Shown here: piece by piece, positions 1 through 21,487 of the stretch
How the letters are laid out: each line of letters begins with the position of its first letter
How positions within the stretch are numbered: the stretch's first letter is position 1
Source of the DNA: Phaeosaccion multiseriatum
Lineage: Eukaryota; Protista; Ochrophyta, other classes
Assembly: GCA_965112735.1 (NCBI GenBank)
Contig: OZ218964.1
Location: 682,001 to 746,000, forward strand
Direction: 5' to 3'
DNA length: 64,000 nt
Notes under the pieces: model-generated
Told to the model about the DNA's origin: nothing
What the model saw: only the letters and a program-made list of their open reading frames with translations
Database searches by the model: none
Program-made: the position numbers and the translations under genes

Positions 1-498
1 GGGAGGAGGTCTGTGCTAGCGGCAACAACGAGGAGGGCGGCGTCGTTCTGTTGGTCTGCGGCGAGGCGTAGCAGGGCGAGTGGCCCTTGCAGCTCTGGTC
101 GGAGGTAGAAGGACCCTCGCCGCCCTCCGACCACCGTGTACGGCACCTGAGTTAGTGAGTGAGTGAGTGAGTGAGTGAGTGAGTGAGTGAGTGAGTGAGT
201 GAGTGGGTGAGTGAGTGAGTGAGTGAGTGAGTAAGTGAGTGAGTGAGTGAGTGAGTGAGTGAGTGAGTGAGTGAGTAAGTGAGTGAGTGAGTGAGTGAGT
301 GAGTGAGTGAGTCAGTCAGTCAGTCAGTCTGTGAGTACACTTGTCGGGTTAGGTCGATTGTTCTGGTATGCATACAGTGAGCAGCGAGCAGCCGGAAGAT
401 GGGCAGAGGAACGGAGAGAGTATGTGGGGAAATGGAGTGAAGAAAGGGGTTGCACAGGAGCAGAAGGGGGATGGGGAGGGAGGAGATGGTCGCAGACG

Positions 499-532
<34 letters not shown>

Positions 533-600
533 CAAAGCCACACACTTCTGCACTGAGAGTGACAGACAGCGCCACACTGACACACACCCGACCCCTACCC

Positions 601-631
<31 letters not shown>

Positions 632-2002
632 ACTACGCTCTCCCCTCCCCTCCACTCCCCTCGCTGCTCACCTTGCCCGAAGTGAGGCAGTCCTCCAGCT
701 CCCCCATCTGGCTCCTCGTGCGCACCACAATGGCCATTTCTCCCCAGCTCGCCACCACCTCTCGCCGTAACCGCCGCATCTGACTGGCGATCCACAAGCC
801 CTCTGCCCTTCCGTCGAACTGTCCCTGGACAGTCACCTTGGACGGGCCCGGTACTTTGTGTCCCCCAACAGTTGGTGGTACAACAGCAGCAGTAGCAGCA
901 GCACCGTCGTGACTGGTGGTACCACCACCCTCAGCCCCGTCCCCTCCGCTGAGAACGCCCCCGGTGGAGACGGATGAAGACGAGAATGCCGGCGCCAGGC
1001 AGTGATTCAGCGTCAAAGGCATTGCCCCTCCTGTCCCTCCTGCGCCTAACGTTGTGTCGCCGGTCCCACCCTCTACGGAGGAGCCTCTGCCTTTGCCCTC
1101 GCCTTTGTTGAAGCTGATGAGCTGCGTGGCCGTGGTGAGTACATGCAGCGGCACTCGATGACTCAGGGGTAGGCTCAGTCGAACGGAGCCAGCAAAGTCC
1201 TGTGTGAAGAGTGAATGGGGTGACAAGAGTCAAGAGAGAGAGAGTCACAGACAATGGGGTGACAGAGTGACAGAGGATGGGCGGGGGGCGGAGAAGTGTG
1301 TGGGTCGTCCGGCCGGGCCAGGGGGCGGCATTCGATTAGTGGAGGGAAAGACGAAGGGGGAGCGGTGCCACGCGAGGAGAGGAGGAGCGCAGGGCGATAG
1401 ACCAACTTCCTTCCTTAACAAAACACCTGTGCACTCGTGTGTGTGTGTGTGTGTGCTAGGGCGCACCCTTCCACCCCTTGCACTACACTTCGCTACACTC
1501 CACTCGTTCCTCTTCAGTTCCTTCCTTTCCTTCGCTTCCCTTCCCTCGGTTCCTTCCTTCGGTTTCTTCCATTTGTTCCTTCAGTTTCTTCCCTTCCGTG
1601 CCTTTATTCGTTTCCTTCCTCTTTTCCATTCTTCCTTCTTTCCTTCCTTCCTTCCGTGGCCTCACCTGCTGGAATCTGCGTAAGTGCCGTGCCATCCCTC
1701 CCCTCCACGAGTAGATGCGCTGGTCCTCGTCCGCGCAGCAAAACACGTCCACGCGCAGCTCCTCCGGGGTGCTGTACGGCGCCAGGGCCTGTGCGTATGT
1801 GTGTGTGTGTGTGTATGTGTGTGTGTACATATATGTGTATGTGTGTGTATATATATATGTGTGTGTATGTGTATGTGTGTGTGTATGTGTGTGTGTATAT
1901 ATATGTGTATGTGTGTGTGTGTGCGTGTGTGTGCGTGTGTGTGTGTGTATGTGTGTGTGTGTATGTGTGTGATGTGTGTGTATGTGTGTATATGTGTGTG
2001 TA

Positions 2003-2044
<42 letters not shown>

Positions 2045-2501
2045 GAGTTTAGTTTCAGTATAGTAGACCATGCCCAATACCAGACACCCTCCAGCCAAGC
2101 GATTCGACATCCATGTCGATATCGAATGCTCCCTTCTGTGGCCAACTCACCTGTGCGTTGATGTTGATGTTTGCCAAGCTACTCAAACTCAAACTGCCCC
2201 CCCCGCGGCTGCTGCTGCTGCTGGCGCCGCCATCTATATTGCCGTGCTGGTTGCCATTGCCGCTGCTGCTGCCCTCCCTCCCCACCACAAGGGTGTGTAG
2301 AAGGGCGTACTGTGCGGCGCTAGTGTCCTGAAACTCATCCACCAGAATGTGGCGGATGCGCCAGCGGTATCTGCTCAGTATCTGTTTGTGATGGAGAAAA
2401 GATCGAATGTGCTCTTGAGAGAAATGGATCGAGAGGGAGCTCAGCCGAGCATGCAAAGCGACTACTGCACCTCTAGAGCCTAGATACGCACACACTACGA
2501 C

Positions 2502-2565
<64 letters not shown>

Positions 2566-2568
2566 CAC

Positions 2569-2610
<42 letters not shown>

Positions 2611-4402
2611 GGCCCATCTCCGACGTGTGCCTTCATCTCGAATCTCCCTCCGTCACTCCCTCCGTCACTCCCTCCGTCACTCCCTTCCTCGCTCCCTCCC
2701 AGGTGGTGAGACGTGATTGATGCGTGTCAGGAAGTCCAAAGATGTAACCGTACAACGATACGTACCTCCGGGTGCGAGTAGAAGAGCTTGAGGCAGAGCA
2801 GAGGCAAATCACCGAAATCCACCCCTCCCGACCTGCGGAGTTGCTCATTGTACACGGGGTACACGGCCACCGCCTCCGCCTCGAATCTCGTCAGCTGGGC
2901 CTTGGGCAGCTTAGTCAGACTCTGCATGGAGGGGAGGAGGAGGAGGAGGAGGAGGAGGAGGAGGAGGAAGAGGAGGAGGAGGAGGAGGAGGAGGAAGAGG
3001 AGGAGGAGGAGGAGGAGGAGGAGGAGGAGGAGGAGGAGGAGGAGGAGGAGGAGGAGGAGGAGGAGGAGGAGGAGGAGGAGGAGGAGGAGGAGGAGGAGGA
3101 GGAGGAGGAGGAGGAGGAGGAGGAGGAGGAGGAGGAGGAGGAGGAGGAGGAGGAGGAGGAGGAGGAGGAGGAGGAGGAGAGGAGAAAGTTGGGGGGCGGG
3201 GGGGGGGCACGAGACTCAAAATGAGACTCATGAACTCACCACGACCACTACTCGTATGCAAAGCGCAAAGCACAAACCGCAAGGCTCACCCTCACAGGAG
3301 CCGGACGGGCTTGAGGTCAAGCACAGGCGCAAAAGGGAAAGGTAAAGGGTTTGTGCCTTGCATGGGATGTATCGGGTGGTCTCACCCCAAACACCCAACC
3401 CCTCCCACCCTCATCGCCGCCACACCGCACACACTCACCGCAGCGCTTTGCCCGCTCTCTTTCCAGGCCGAAATTTGATGCACCACCCTGGCCACCCCCC
3501 GAAAGTCAAGCCGCATGCCCAGCCGTCGACAAGCGGCCTCCACAATCTTGCGCTGCCCCGCCGTGTCCAGGATGTGAAAGCTGTCCCTCTGCAGCACGAG
3601 AGGAGCGTACTTCTTTAGTACTTGGGCAGCGAAGGCGCTGAAGGTGGAGGTCCACACTCGGTCCAGCAAGGCTGGGTCCAGCAGGGAGGAATCCCCCCCC
3701 CCTACCCCACCTCCTCCCTCTCTGGCTCTGTCGATGACCTCCTTTGCGCCTTGGTTCGTGAAACTCATGACCAAGACTGTCTCTGGGGCAATCTGATGGT
3801 ATGGTAGCCGTGGTCATCAGAGAGCGAGAGAGAGAGAGAGGGGGGGGGGGTGTGAGAGAGAGAGAGAGAGAGAGACAAGGAAACGCCTGGAGGAGGATCT
3901 AGTAGCAGGCATCTACCTTTTTCCTCCACAAGCTTGAGCTTCGGAGGCATGAATACCCAGCAGCTCGCTCACTCACCTCTCTCTCCGTGAGCAGATGGAC
4001 CAGCCTAGCCCCTAGCACATGCGTCTTGCCACTCCCGGGTCCCGCTGTGAGCAACACTGCGGGAGCGGTGGTCTCGATGCAAGCTCTCTGGCTCGCGTCG
4101 TTGACAAACCGCTTTGCTCTGGAGGAGGAAGGTGGCGAAGGCTGCACCAGGGTGGCGCCTCCTGCCATTGCGGCCGCCACTGTGGAGTGGCCCTCTCCAG
4201 GCCGCAGGGAGCGAGGCATGTCGCCTCCCACGTCCATCCTGATACCACCACTACTGCTAAAGGCATTGCAGCCACGCAGCACGAAGAGGAGGAGCAACGG
4301 AAAGTATCCTTTTGCTCGAGGGTAGGGAGGAAAGGGCTTCTGGACGCTTCCCGTGGTGGTGGTGCAACTGCTAGAGAGGACCACGCTTCGTCCCCTCTTC
4401 AT
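1..4402 (-). CDS. UvrD/PcrA/Rep-family SF1 DNA helicase, probably organelle (plastid)-targeted; runs off the window start
   Basis: Exons (minus): 4402-3977, 3792-3439, 2921-2766, 2381-2151, 1788-1666, 1199-672, 146-<1. All introns are GT-AG, phase 0. Motifs: Walker A AGPGSGKT, Ia SFTNQGAKE, TSTFSAF, VDFGDL, Walker B ILVDEFQDT, motif III ADEDQRIYSWRG, IVVRTRSQ, and VPYTVVGG..SFYLRPEL..LALLRL (PcrA-like). N-terminus has LLLLFVLRGCNA|F. Confidence 0.9.
147..330. repeat. (GAGT)n/(CAGT)n microsatellite at the 3' end of a helicase intron
   Basis: About 40 tetranucleotide units, reading (ACTC)n on the sense strand directly before the CAG acceptor at 149-147. Confidence 0.95.
2930..3180. repeat. (GAG)n trinucleotide tract, ~250 bp, intronic
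   Basis: Nearly pure GAG run lying just upstream (sense strand (CCT)n) of the acceptor at 2924-2922. Confidence 0.95.
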
Positions 4403-4767
4403 CCTGCGCTCTCCCACGGTGCTTCGTCCCTTCTCCTGTGCTTTGGAGGGCCGCGTAAGGATCCTACTGGGCCAGTACCACGATTGCGCCCCGAAGGAGA
4501 GGGAGAGAAGTGGTGGGTGGTGAGGGAGGCGAGTTTGGGATCAAGAGGACCAGCGGTGGTAAAGGTGGCGGAAGAAGGGTGTGAGCGAAGAAGGCGGGGC
4601 GTAGAGGAGAAGGAGGGTGTGTAATACAGGCGTTGCACAAGGACTTTAAGCCATTTAAGGTGTCGTGAGTTTTCGCGGCGGAGAAGGGGGTTCAGTAAGT
4701 CAACAATGATTTGAGTTTGGTTTTTTTGATCAGCTCCCATCGCTCCCCGCCACGCACCCGCCCACTC

Positions 4768-4803
4768 TGCGGGCTAGAGCCAAGGCCGCTAGGCGTGTCC
4801 GGG
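4768..4803. mobile_element. Degenerate solo right end of MITE family A
   Basis: gcgggctagagccaaggccgctaggcgtgtccggg aligns to gcggcctagagcctaggccgctaggcgtgcacggg (5965-5999) with few mismatches. Confidence 0.65.
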
Positions 4804-5536
4804 ATGTGGGGCCGATTTCAGGCGGGAGAATGGCACGGGTCGCCGGTTGTGCCTGATGTCCGTTTCCGACGACGCTACAGACGCCGCCGCCACTGGGGGG
4901 GGTTGGGTGACTCCCATACTCCCACCGGCCGCAAGGGGCTGAAGGGTGTGGAAGTCGTAGTGGCACCAAGCGAGCAACACACTCCTTCGTCAGCTCACTC
5001 TCACCTTGCTTGACGTGGTCGATTCTCTGTCGAAAATGAATCGCTTACAGAATGCGCCAGAGTGCAAGGTGGCTGAGAGTGAGCTGACAAAGGAGTGTGT
5101 CGCTCGCTTTTTTCTTAATGCGTCCGTCCCCCCAAAGGGGACCAAAGCCAAGCTTAACGCAGCGGGCATACGGACGACACTCACGGACCCGGAGTGTCAG
5201 GCGCAGAACGGCCTCAACGAGGCGCGCCACATCGTGCTGAAGCGGATGGGGCTGGGTCTACTGAAGGAAGCTCACTTGGAGGCCTCCTCCACGGAGAAAC
5301 TGGGGTGGGCGGCCTGGAGAGTGCCTTCATAACACAGCGACACGGCGAGGGGAGAGTGCCTCACATTATGAGCTCTACTTCAAATGGAAGCCGGACACCT
5401 CCAAGGAGCCACCAATCTTTGGAGAGAGGGCGAAGGTGCGGTACAACGGTCCACAGGGGAAGTGGGCCACCAACAACTACGACGTAGTCTACATTGGGCG
5501 CGACACGGTCCATCGCGATGGCTGTCCTCGCTTCTA

Positions 5537-6127
5537 CGTCGTGCCTCTGCCTCGGTATCGGCCCCGTGCACGCCTAGCGGCCTAGGCCTATTTTGGAAAA
5601 TTGCCCGGCCTAGCGAGGGCCGTAGGCCCTCGGCCTATTTATAGGCCGCCTAGGCAGCGGCCTAGGCGGCGGCCTAGGGCAGACGCCAACTAGGCGCAGG
5701 TCCAGGGTGGGAATATGCTCATATGCCCCTGGGCTGGCCCGGAACCCGCCCAAGTGTCGTCAGTTTTAAGCAAATGTATTGCATGGGATAAGTGAGGAGT
5801 AGACTTGGTTCGTGTTGTCTCCTCGCTGGCCCTACGAGGAGTGCAGGCCTACAGGTGTGCTGCTACCCACTGACTGGGCGGCACCACGCACGCGCCCACG
5901 GGTCACTGGGAGGCTGCCTAGAGGCGGATTAGCTAGCTATAGGCCGCCTAGGGCTGAAAAGTGAGCGGCCTAGAGCCTAGGCCGCTAGGCGTGCACGGGG
6001 CCGATCGGTATGATCTTGTAGGATGCGCTGTTGATGATGAGGTTGTGTTTCGCGACGTAGAAGTGATGGCTGCACCTCATCATCAACAGCGCATCCTACA
6101 AGATCGTACCAAAGCAGAGGCACGACG
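5537..6127. repeat. Fold-back (long inverted repeat) element whose left arm is split by MITE A
   Basis: Perfect 32-bp arms at 6012-6043 and 6075-6106. Pairing continues through 6107-6127 (gtaccaaagcagaggcacgacg) with 5537-5558 (cgtcgtgcctctgcctcggtat), on the other side of the MITE. Confidence 0.8.
5559..6003. mobile_element. Non-autonomous DNA transposon (MITE family A), 445 bp, hAT-like 8-bp target duplication
   Basis: Perfect 29-bp TIRs cggccccgtgcacgcctagcggcctaggc / gcctaggccgctaggcgtgcacggggccg. Flanks ctcggtat (5551-5558) and atcggtat (6004-6011). Subterminal cctagg/taggccg repeats; no ORF. Confidence 0.85.
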
Positions 6128-6229
6128 GCACTCTGTTCGGCGACCACGTGACCAACACCAAGACGGTCAAAGAGGAGAGGAGCGGCGCTGACGACGACGA
6201 CGTCGACGACTGGGCCCGGAGCGCAGTCT

Positions 6230-6428
6230 TCGACCCCTGACACACTATCGCCCACATTCTCGATAGCGCGCTATCGATAGCGGATAGCGTGCCGGCTGGC
6301 GCCGGCGATAGCGGATAGCGCGCCGGCTGGCGCCGGCCGATAGCGGATAGCGCTGGCGCCGGCGATAGCGGATAGCGCGCCGGCTGGCGCCGGCGATAGC
6401 GGATAGCGGATAGTGTGTCAGGGGTCGA
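6230..6428. mobile_element. MITE family B copy 1 (199 bp, 20-bp TIR, 6-bp TSD)
   Basis: TIRs tcgacccctgacacactatc / gatagtgtgtcaggggtcga; TSD cagtct at 6224-6229 and 6429-6434. Interior is a tandem array of ~29-bp gatagcggatagcgcgccggctggcgccggc units. Confidence 0.85.
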
Positions 6429-7334
6429 CAGTCTCGCAGCTGCCGCCCCCCTTTCACTTGTCAACTTGAACACGAATTGCCCGAATTTGCGTTCAAAATG
6501 TACCGGCCATCTGGCGTAGCGTGTGTGAAACTCAAATTAAAAAAAAAAAATGAGTTTGGTTCCTACAGCGATCGTACGGGAGGCTGCCCACGTTCACAAG
6601 AGGAAGAGTACTTTCGCACAAATTTCTCTGGTTGGCTTAACCCTGCCTCGGGCAGGAGCTCCTCGCTCTTGAAAGCGATGGTCTTCCAACGGTGCAATTG
6701 CAATTAGTTTTTGTGGACTGAGAGTCCGCTCTCGGCGCCGAGCGTCGACCGCTTCCCAGGTGCGTCGTTTGCAGAGAAGGTACGCGCAGGATCCATTTAG
6801 AGGAGGGGCGATGCATCGATAAGTGTTGGTAAAGGCTCGGTAGGAATGGGTCAGGGGGTGGAAGAGCGCCGGACAGGAGCCGGGGAAACTGAGGCAAACT
6901 GCTGTCTCTCTTTCGTGGTGCGGATCACGCCTTGGGGGGGCATGTGCGTGTGATCGGTTTAAAGCGGCCGCAGGAGGGACTCACAATAGCTGCACAGGAG
7001 CTCTGTGGGGGAGGGGGGGGCAAAGGACGATTCGGAGCATGGAGTGAAGAGAAGAGAGAGAGTAAAACGGACGTTGGGGAAGTTTTCATCGGCCTCCACC
7101 CACCCCCTCTCACCCGTCCCTCCCCCTCCAACTGCTCCCTTGTCCCCCCGCCCACACCCAACAGCAGCAGCGATGAGGGGATGCGGGAACGTGCGGAGGC
7201 GCAGGCGCAGCAGCAGCAGCAGCAACCGGGCAGAGGGAGATGTTCCTCAAGAGGGCCGACATGGGCGGCATTGCAGCGGCACGAGCTCCAGCCATAGCCA
7301 CAGCGGCAGGGCCGCCAGCTCCAGCAGCAATGCT

Positions 7335-9614
7335 ATGCAGCTCTTTCGCACACTACAGCTGTGCACCCTGCCCATCCTCATTGCCTTGCAAGCCGTCCAC
7401 ACCGCCACGGCTGGAGCCAACCCCCACCTCCACGTAACGGCGCATGTTGGGGAACAAGAGGCAGCGACGAGCATCGCCGGCCGTGCGGACAGGAGCCTCA
7501 AGCGGCAGCGGCCGTTGAGCAGGGACCACCAGCGGCAGCGGCACCTTGGGCTGAGGCAATGCGCCTTTGCGCTGCCCATGCCCCGCTCAGCCGCAGTAGC
7601 ATGGCCATCCTCCACGACGTCGAGGTCAAGGGCAGCAGCGTTACCCATCGCCCCGGCCGTATCGATTGGCATGTTGCCCTGTAGGCATGAGCAGCGCCCG
7701 CGTAGCGGAGGAGTGGCTCTGGATGCGATTGTCATTGGCCGTCGCTCTGGGGAGAGGTCCAGAGGGAGAAGGGGAAGCAGCGGCCGAGAACTTGCCAAGA
7801 ACGTCCCCCCAGGACTGGCCAAGAAAGTCCAGGGCTTGCTCTTCGGGGGGGGGAACCCCAGAAAGAAAAGCCCGAGGGAGAAAGAGGAAGCAGCAGCCGC
7901 CGCAGCAGCAACAGCAGTACTAGCAGCAGCAGCAGCAAGAGGCGCCTCGTTCGCGGAGAAAGAGGCCCAGCGAGCTCAAGCGCGAAGAGCGCTGTACAAG
8001 GATATGACTCTCTTGCCCCTCCTGGTGCAGTCCGTCATCATGGGCCAGCAGGTCAAGGAAGAGCAGTGGCGGGGCCTCAGGCTCTTCTTCCGCGCCGCGT
8101 CGGAGTCCTTCATGGAACGCGTGGAGACAGACGCGGCCAAGCTGCTGTTGCTGGGGCAAGACGATGATGGCAGCAACGACAGCAGCAGCAGCAGCAGCAG
8201 CGGCAGCAGCAGCGGCAGCGACAGCAGCAGCAGCAGCAACGACAACAGCAGCAGTAGTGTCAGCTATGGCATGTCTGCCGTAGGCACGGCACCCCCGCCC
8301 ACAAGTCTCACCACCATCACGGGGGATCAAGGGGTTGGTGGGCCGTTTGGGAGCCCGTTTAGCAGTCTCTTTTCGACCCTGTTTGGAGACTTTGACTTGA
8401 ACAAAATCTTTCCTTCCACCGCCGGGCCCGGCGGAGCGGACAGCCGACCGAGGGTGCAGGTGCTGGACAACGGACGCGCGGCCACACTCCTGGGGGGCAG
8501 GGAGGTGGGAAGCCTGAGGCGGCAGGCCAGCCTGGAAAAGAAGCCGGCCATGACCGTGGTGGTGCGGTGGCTCTTTGTTGCCATGATCAAGCGGACGGCC
8601 AAGCAATGGGACAACCTGCGCGTGAGCGTGCGCGCCAAGGGCAATCTGCAGGCCCTGAGTGGCAACCTGCAGAGGGTCACCTTCGACTGGGACCGTCTCG
8701 TCATGCCGCAGTGGCAGTGTACGGGGGGCGGACACGTGTCAGTCACGGGGGTGGACCTCAAGGTGATGCGGCTGCCGTGGCAAAAGTTTCGGGCCTTTCG
8801 CAAACCTTTCGAGGTGTACGGGAGCATGCATTTTCGCGATGAGGACCTCAACCGTTCCCCCTTGGTCAAGCAGCTCCTGCAGAGGGTGCTGGAGGCCGGC
8901 TTTCAGAAGCTCAAGACCGTCAAGGGGAACCTCTCTACCACCCTGCCGGGCAGCGAGAGAGAGAAGGGCAAGGTGTTTGTCAAGCACGCGGGCATTTTGA
9001 AGGGGAAGCTTGATGTGCATGGTTTCATCGAGTACGGGGGGGAGACGGAGACATCGAGTAGCAGTAGCGCAGACAGCCTCGAGTTGCGGCGGAGCATCAA
9101 CCAGAGGGAGAGTAGGCGAAGCAGCAGCAGTCGGAGGCTCAAGACTCAGCGGCGTCAGATCGGCATCGGCAGTAACAACAGCAACAGCAGCAGCAGTGGC
9201 AGCGGTAGTGGTAGCAGCACCAACACGCGATCGTCGTTTCGGCGCCAGCCCTTCAATTTCCGCTCCGTCTTGTGCACCAAGAAGAACGGACATGTGATGG
9301 AGCTTGGCGAGTCGGAGCTGTTTTACGAGTCGCTGAGTATGCTCAACATTCCCCTCAACCCCTTGGACAAGGTGTTTGATGTGGACATTGGGGACAACGC
9401 CCGTATTGAGCGCATCGCCATCGAGGGGGATGTGCTGCACCTTCAGTACCGAGTTGTCTTGTCTCCCTTGCCCAAGCGCGTCATTGGTGGGCTCAGCAAG
9501 CGGGCGGTCTTCCTGTTTGATGTCAGCGCGAGGCTGTCGGTGTGCTTCGGCCGCATGCTGGACAACCGACTAGGGCTGCACTTTTGGGGGAGGAAGAAGG
9601 TGGGGGCAGTGTAA
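7335..9614 (+). CDS. Intronless DUF2993/LmeA-like (putative phospholipid-binding) protein with an N-terminal signal peptide, probably plastid-targeted
   Basis: Single long ORF (7005-9614). ATG 7335 gives a hydrophobic signal (MQLFRTLQLCTLPILIALQAVHTATA); alternative ATG at 7173. Segment WDNLRVSVRAKGNLQALSGNLQRVTF...FRKPFEVYGSMHFRDEDLNRSPLVKQLL resembles cyanobacterial/plastid DUF2993 proteins. Confidence 0.65.
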   Translation: MQLFRTLQLCTLPILIALQAVHTATAGANPHLHVTAHVGEQEAATSIAGRADRSLKRQRPLSRDHQRQRHLGLRQCAFALPMPRSAAVAWPSSTTSRSRAAALPIAPAVSIGMLPCRHEQRPRSGGVALDAIVIGRRSGERSRGRRGSSGRELAKNVPPGLAKKVQGLLFGGGNPRKKSPREKEEAAAAAAATAVLAAAAARGASFAEKEAQRAQARRALYKDMTLLPLLVQSVIMGQQVKEEQWRGLRLFFRAASESFMERVETDAAKLLLLGQDDDGSNDSSSSSSSGSSSGSDSSSSSNDNSSSSVSYGMSAVGTAPPPTSLTTITGDQGVGGPFGSPFSSLFSTLFGDFDLNKIFPSTAGPGGADSRPRVQVLDNGRAATLLGGREVGSLRRQASLEKKPAMTVVVRWLFVAMIKRTAKQWDNLRVSVRAKGNLQALSGNLQRVTFDWDRLVMPQWQCTGGGHVSVTGVDLKVMRLPWQKFRAFRKPFEVYGSMHFRDEDLNRSPLVKQLLQRVLEAGFQKLKTVKGNLSTTLPGSEREKGKVFVKHAGILKGKLDVHGFIEYGGETETSSSSSADSLELRRSINQRESRRSSSSRRLKTQRRQIGIGSNNSNSSSSGSGSGSSTNTRSSFRRQPFNFRSVLCTKKNGHVMELGESELFYESLSMLNIPLNPLDKVFDVDIGDNARIERIAIEGDVLHLQYRVVLSPLPKRVIGGLSKRAVFLFDVSARLSVCFGRMLDNRLGLHFWGRKKVGAV

Positions 9615-10048
9615 GCAGGGGGGAGAGGGGGGGGCGAAGGGCGGAGAGAGAGAGAGAGAGAGAGATAGCAGCCAAGTCGGTTTGTCTGAAAGCGATTATA
9701 GAGTTGTACACGGTGGAGCTGCACACTTGGAGTGCTTGTAGCTTAGGGATGGGACTCAATTGCGGTTCGGAGGGGGGTGGGTAAGTGGGGGAGGGGGGGA
9801 GGGGGGTGGTGGATGAGTGTTGGAGCACTTTTGTTTCGTGAGTGAGTTTTGAAAAGCGAGGGGGGGGGGGGGGGGGAGAGACGGGGTAGGCCTAATCGCT
9901 GCCTCGGAAGGAGTGTTGTTTGTATATGTACAGATAGGTCAGCTGCTGAGACAGATGCGTCGATCGATCTTGTAAGAGGGCTAAAGAGCCCAAGGGGGCC
10001 GCAGGTTTCCTACCTGTCCCTAATAATCTAATAATGCATGTGTACCAG

Positions 10049-10129
10049 TCAACCCCTATATATCGATAACGGATAGCGCGCCGGCTGGCGCCGGCGATAG
10101 CGGATAGCGGATAGTGTATCAGGGGTTGA
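10049..10129. mobile_element. MITE family B copy 2 (internally deleted, 81 bp)
   Basis: Ends tcaacccct ... gatagtgtatcaggggttga; same internal ggatagcgcgccggctggcgccggcgatagc unit; flanks taccag / tacaag (6-bp TSD, 1 mismatch). Confidence 0.8.
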
Positions 10130-11448
10130 TACAAGTACATTGAGGAGGAAGGAGAGCGTGTTTTCTTCACGCAAGGCCTGGCAAGGGATCTCTTGTATCG
10201 TACTATAGAAAGCGTTGTGAGTGAGTGAGGGGGGGTGCCCAGGGGGGTGGGGTGGTTCCTGGGGGGGTGTGAATTTAAACTCCCACCCACCCTCCCCTCT
10301 GTGTTTTTGCGTCCCACAGATCAGGGGAGACGATTGAGCGGAGGGGGGAGGGGCGCAGCAGGCAGTCCGCATGGACAAGAGTGAAGGAAGCTGTGCCTGA
10401 GCTGCTGCAGGGAAGCATTATAAACTACGCTCTTCATTGATATTGCCAGCTTGGCCGGGAGAGACACCCACTCCAAAGTGGGATCACGTTTGAGGTCCAA
10501 AACGTTTGCAACGCCCCGTCTCTAGGGGACATCGCAAGGCGGGGGCGCGGGGCTTCGGGCGGGCGCACAGGAGGGGAGGAGCTTGCTGTCGAGCAGGGTA
10601 AGTGACCTCAAGGCACGCGGCTTTGGCGCGAACCGGAAGGTGCTACTGCTCGCGAAGAGAGCTGCTGGATAATATTCCAACCTCTTAGGAGCGAATTCCT
10701 CTCCGGCAGCTGCAGCTGCAAGGGCCGGGCAAGGGACGGGCGGGTGGACGAGGGCGGGCTTGAATGAGGCGTAGAGTCGGTGGAACAGAGCGTCGGGCGG
10801 CCAGCCTGGACTCTCTCTCTCTCTCTTTTCCTGCCCGTCTTGGGCGTCATACTCAACCAGCAACTCCCTCCAACACAAGTTGCGCTACGCATGGGTTGTG
10901 GGAGATAGCCGGGGTGGGGAGGGGGGATCAGTGGCGGTGATTTCTTGGCAGAGGGGTGATCTTGAACTCGGTGTGCTCTTCGCCACCCCCTCAACCCCCT
11001 CTCGGTGGGGGGCGAGGGGATATATCCTCAACCTGCAACACCACAGAACGCAACTCACGCAACGCATGGACTTTTTAGAGATAACAGGGGATCAGTGACG
11101 GTGGAACATATTGGGATAGAGGCTTGTGTTGATCTTGAACTCAGTGTCCTGCCCCCCCCCCCCCATCACTCGCCGCACGAACGTGCGGTATGCTGTTGCT
11201 GTTCGTAAGACATACGGCAGTGGATAGATGGGAGAGTAGCACCAATGCTCTCGGTGGAGCAGGGTTATACGTCGGGCGCAGCTCTCGCAACACGACACTT
11301 AATTACCCCCACCCCCCCCTGCGCCCCGACCCAACCCGATCCCCCCGCCCCCCCCCCCCACACACACACACACTCCGTCCTCTTCCGCGTTGCCCCTCTT
11401 CATCAGCTTGTGGTACTTGCCGCTCTTCATCAGCTTGTGGTACTAGGT

Positions 11449-21487
<10,039 letters not shown>

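Noticed and set aside
2772-3345. Poly-E, poly-R and poly-P ORFs, and the many CV-, HT-, RE- and LS-repeat ORFs across the window
   Set aside because: They are translations of intronic microsatellites that lack stop codons and lie inside well-supported introns.
5006-5332. 108-aa intergenic ORF
   Set aside because: No recognisable domain or splice context; it may be a TE relic, but I cannot support that.
6270-6412. Regular repeat arrays resembling CRISPR (also 16302-16392 and 28450-28662)
   Set aside because: There are no unique spacers and no cas genes, and the context is eukaryotic; these are tandem minisatellites.
6230-10129. Composite transposon carrying the DUF2993-like gene between two MITE B copies
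   Set aside because: Each copy has its own distinct TSD, which indicates independent insertions.
10522-10878. 118-aa minus ORF, with faint similarity to the ORF at 6637-6897
   Set aside because: The similarity is too weak by eye and there is no family motif.
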